Source of the DNA: Macrostomum lignano
Lineage: Eukaryota
Length of the DNA stretch: 64,000 nt
Assembly (NCBI GenBank): GCA_002269645.1
Contig: NIVC01001651.1
Location: 124,001 to 188,000 of the forward strand
Reading direction: 5' to 3'
Positions 59,912 through 64,000 of the stretch are shown here, one piece after another (positions within the stretch are counted from its first letter, which is position 1; each line of letters begins with the position of its first letter). The notes beneath the pieces are model-generated. The model was given only the letters and a program-made list of their open reading frames with translations, was not told where the DNA came from and did no database searches. A program made the position numbers and the translations under genes.

Positions 59912-60099
59912 CATGTGATGTTGCATTTAAAGGAACAATTTCGTAAAATGAAACAATGTACAAGCTGAACCTCGGAAAAATAGGAAATTAAAGGAGTTAC
60001 AACTCCGAGGGGCCGAGACCTTTCACGACTCTGTGAAAGGTCTCGTCCTTTAATCGACATTTTTTAGGGTTTTTAATTATTATGGCATTTGATTCAGTG

Positions 60100-61480
60100 C
60101 TAAGAGTAACACTTTCTTTTGTCCTACGAACCTGTCGAGTCCCCAGCAGCTACATGTAGTTGACGCCATCATATCGCTGTATGGTGATATGTCAGCTCCG
60201 CCTGGGATATCGGCTCGCTGGTCATGCCAGCGCCTCGGTCTTTCAGCGTGTCGACAAATAGGCCGACGCTTTGATGCCACCTCGACCAACCTTAATCTAG
60301 TGCTGTGCGCCATCAACAGTTGAGGACAGGAGTGTGAGGTCGTTGGCGTAGCCCAGAACCGCTCAGGCGCTTCTCGTTGTGGCGGCGACCGATGTGTCTG
60401 CGCAGCAGGAAGCCGTCGCCTGCTGAAGGGGGTCCGTTCCGAAGCTGCACAATCCATGCCAGGAGCAGCACGAAGAGGAACGGTGCTAGAATGTGTCGCT
60501 CTGTGTAGCACTCCTAAACGAAGTTTCAGACAGGTCAGACAACAAGCCGTCTGCCGTCACCACAGCGTAATGCCGCGGCGCAGACGGGCAGACGACCAAC
60601 CTCGCGCGCTGTCAGCGGTTCACCTCGACGGTCTGATGCCCAACGTTGAGAACGAAATTCGGCGACGCAGATCTAGATCGAGAGGACTTGCCTGGACGGC
60701 CTACCGGTCGATTCGCGCCATCCTTCAGTCCAAAGCGCTGCCCGATCGTCAGAGGGCTCGGCTATTGAGACGTGTTGCTCGACAACGCTGCAGAGACGTG
60801 GATGTTGAAGGGACGCTAGAATTCGCGCTACTGGATTTTGCGCTAATTGTCTTCTGCGCACCAGGATTTTGCACGAATCGGATGATTTTAGGCGACTTGA
60901 AATTGAATTCGACTGAATCATTTCTCGCGACTTACTTCAAGCGACTATAGATTTCGCGCGACGTAGAATTTCGTGCGACTGGATTTCGCGCGACTGAATT
61001 TCGCGCAACTGGATTTCGATCGACTGGATTTAAATCCAGTCGTGTGAAATCCAGTCGCTAGAAAGAAGTCGCGCGCTTCAATTCCAGGTCGTGCGATTTC
61101 CAGTCGCGCAAATGCAGTCGCTCGAATGCCAGATCGCGCGAAATCCAGTCGCGCGAATTCCAGCGTCCCGATGTTAACGGTCACGCTGGAGCAACAGCTA
61201 AACAATTTGATCACTCGGCCCGCGGGCTGCTCCATGCGTTCAGGCTGACAAAAGCGTCCTGTTCAAGGATGTACCATCCTGCAGCGAGACGGCGACTCCA
61301 ACTGACAGGCGCTACGTGATCCGGGCTATTGCCCTAGCCTGTCCAGGACATCCTGCCGCTCACTTTGCTAGAACAGTTCAGGCGGGCTCAAGTGACCGAG
61401 GACACAGAGATACGTGGACTGCATCCTGAGCAACGTTGGGGCGCCCGACACTGTCGATCAATGGGCCGGACAATTGATTA
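60100..61480 (+). mobile_element. Degenerate RTE-like LINE RT C-terminal fragment, interrupted by a MITE
   Basis: ENEIRRR..GLAWTAYRSIRAILQSKALPDRQRARL..ETW(ML), resuming after the insert as MLTVTLEQQL..RRRLQLTG..IRA. These are typical RTE C-terminal motifs, with frameshifts. Confidence 0.65.
60810..61169. mobile_element. Foldback MITE, MULE-like
   Basis: TIRs GGGACGCTAGAATTCGCGC / GCGCGAATTCCAGCGTCCC, with internal inverted arrays of GATTTCGCGCGACT. Flanks GATGTTGAA / GATGTTAAC form an imperfect 9-bp TSD. Confidence 0.7.
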
Positions 61481-61641
61481 TTCGCCTGCTGGCGCTTCGA
61501 CATGTCATCTGACGCTCCCTCCACTGACTACTGGGGCGACTGCGTATTTTTCGTTGCTGTTGTTCTATAATTACCTACGAGTATAAGCTGGTTATTTTAC
61601 AAATTCAAAGTTACAAATCCTTAGTTACGAGATCGTACAGT

Positions 61642-61948
61642 TTCTGACGTTTCAACATCACGCTATGCAAGATTGGAGACCCGCACTGAAGCAACAGTAA
61701 GGTGTGTGGAGCTGATTTTTTATATATACACAGATTTCAGATGGTAAATTGCAATAATAAAATTGGTTAACAGTCGCTGTTTGGTATTTCGTAGTTCTAG
61801 GGGTAGAATGATTTGGCCTGTATGCAAAATTCTGCAGTTACTGACGTTTCAACATCACGCTATGCAAGATTGGAGACCTGCATTGAAGCAACAGTAAGGT
61901 GTGTGGAGCTGATTTTTTATATATACACAGATTTCAGATGGTAAATTT
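61642..61948. repeat. ~105-bp direct duplication
   Basis: CTGACGTTTCAACATCACGCTATGCAAGATTGGAGAC...CAGATGGTAAATT at ~61644-61750 and ~61842-61948. Confidence 0.88.
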
Positions 61949-63097
61949 GAGTTTCGACAAAAAATCGTTTTACATTTAAGTGTTTTCTGCTAAATCGATC
62001 TTTTTGTTATTTTTATCTTATCGGGAACTGGAACTGAAAAACCGGTCATGGAGGAAGTAAATAATTTTTCTGGTCAGTTGCGGGTTTTGAAATTGGGGTT
62101 TCTTCGAAGCCGGTCGTCGTTGCGTTCGCACGAATTAAAGCCAGGAGATCGCGCAGATGAATCACAACGGAAGTCTTCCTAGCTCCTGTTTTACTCTGAC
62201 TGCCGGGGTCCTCAAATTCCGGGGGGAGGGTAGTCTCAGTCGTAGGCGAGCGGTCTTCGTTAGGCGCAAGCGTTCAGTGCGGGTTCTCAGACGCCGTGAA
62301 TTAATGTACCTTGTATGCTTATTTCGTTACTAACAGTAGAGTAGCGCTGCCACCACCGTAATTTGCGTAGTACGGAACGTTGAAGTCTTAGAGCTTTCTT
62401 TGAGATGAGAACTTGGTTATTTTACGCCCCACGGGCAAATGACTTAAGATAAGCTATGGTCTTTATTAAGCAACGAGAATACCGAGTTAAATAAAAGCTG
62501 AATAAATCAAGTTAGTTATTATTATTACGAGACGCGAGACGGTGCCGCGAGGGCGACTACAAGTTAAAGACTATTGGTTATTAAATGAATGCACTAGTTG
62601 CAACGCGCAAGTGATTAATCAAGTAAAGTATTAAGTTAGCAGCGTGGAGGAAAAGAAAAGAAAGCGAGAAGAGGGAAAGCATAACTTTTGGCGGTCCCCA
62701 AGACACCCGGATTGCGATTAAATTGGGAATTGCAATAAAATTGAAATAAGTGCAGTAATTGCAATTTTATTTCCTAAAAATTTGTTAAATTGCAATTTGC
62801 TTGTTCAAGTAAATTGAAATTATTGCAATTCTCCTCAAATGTTTTTCTTTCTACTTACAGTAGAATACTTCGAATATTAAATTAGACGAATTGCAATTTG
62901 ATGTGTCATAATACTGCTTTAAATTTTGTGTTAGCAATAAAGGAAATAAGCCAATAATTACAGTATGAATAGCCTAATTTTGTAAAGATTTGTTTTAGCA
63001 GTATTTTTTAGGGAAATGTTTATAATTTGTTTAAGTGATGTGTTGGGATTTGCTTTGAGCAAAAGTGCTGCAAAATGTCCGCCATTTTTATTATTTA

Positions 63098-63270
63098 CCA
63101 TCCAAATATACTAAATCTAAATATACTAAATCTCTAAGGTTTGTATGTTTGTCCATAACGCTCTAGAGCGAGCAATTCTTCACCGATTTTGATCGCGTTT
63201 TCGCCAAAATCCAAATATACTAAATCTCAAAGGTTTGTATGCTTGCTTGAATGTCCATAACGCTCTAGTT
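63098..63270. repeat. Duplicated relic resembling non-autonomous Helitron 5' ends
   Basis: TCCAAATATACTAAATCT..GTTTGTATG..TGTCCATAACGCTCTAG occurs twice. The family assignment rests on resemblance only. Confidence 0.35.
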
Positions 63271-63819
63271 AAATGCTAAGCCTGTTAAAGCTAACCAAAT
63301 AATTATTCTAGTAATAATCTAGTGCTTTTAATTTCCGTTTCAGTAGCCTAGCCCCTATTGTATTTTAGACCTAAGCCTAGTGCTGTGGCAGCTGTGCCTC
63401 TGTTGTGTGATTTGACTATGTATGTATAAGATATCTACATCATAGAGTTGGTCTATTGTATAGACTATAGATTGAATAGAGAGGTGGCAGGAAAGAATGT
63501 AATGCTGGCCCTATAAGATATTACCCTGTAAATGTAACTTGGTTGGCTGTGATAGCAGGCTTGCCTTCTTTATAGGCCTACAAGCTGTTGAAACCCGCGG
63601 AATTTGAACCCGGGGAATTCCAATCCCCGGAACTATTTTTGCATGTATTCTAAAATCTGAGGTCAAACTCCAACAAAAACTTGTTAATAGTTACGAAAGA
63701 GTTAAACATAAAATAGAGTACACATTTGTGTAAAATTAGGGTTTGAGACAAACATTGATATTGTTGGCTAGGGTGCTGCGCAGAATGTCAGGCAAACTCT
63801 GGCAGTCTGGCTGGCCTCT

Positions 63820-64000
63820 GCCTCTGCATCTGCCTCTCTGTCTCCCTATGCCCCTTGGATCCTTTGAATCTTCTCTTCTGTTTCCTCTCTTCTCTCTCGT
63901 CTCTTGTCTCTTCCTTCTCTTCTCTTCTCACTCCTTACTCTACCCTTTCAACACTTCCTTCATCTACTCCTCTCCCCTTTCTTATCTCTTCTCTCAACTC
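63820..64000. repeat. Pyrimidine-rich low-complexity (CT/CTT) tract
   Basis: Composition of the sequence. Confidence 0.8.

Overview
Eukaryotic genomic DNA. GC-rich exons, minisatellite-filled introns and flatworm-type GPCRs suggest a free-living flatworm such as Macrostomum; this is an inference. The spliced models were built by hand, with exon phases checked. (1) The 5' part of a large Cys-rich cadherin gene (minus; ATG 17817, 13 exons in window, signal peptide plus 10 EC repeats, running off the left end). (2) Three paralogous intronless rhodopsin-like GPCRs: one intact (20110-21198, minus), one broken by Gypsy and LINE insertions (32093-36524, minus) and one with a single nonsense codon (39081-40169, plus). 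(3) A 7-exon orphan gene with two C-terminal TM helices (42228-48500, plus). (4) A 4-exon C2H2 zinc-finger gene (50162-53503, minus). (5) Two damaged coding fragments at 23.3-26.4 kb. Mobile DNA includes a Gypsy LTR element, LOA-like, CR1-like and RTE-like LINEs, a SAP-domain/DIRS-like gag relic, two CORE-type tRNA-SINEs, a P-superfamily THAP element with TIRs and 8-bp TSD, hAT- and MULE-like MITEs and a Tc1/IS630 relic. The most striking structure is that most introns carry their own tandem array, and several arrays are built from splice-signal motifs (YnAG|GT, GTGAGT, branch point plus AG). The very long ORFs in the track are repeat artefacts.
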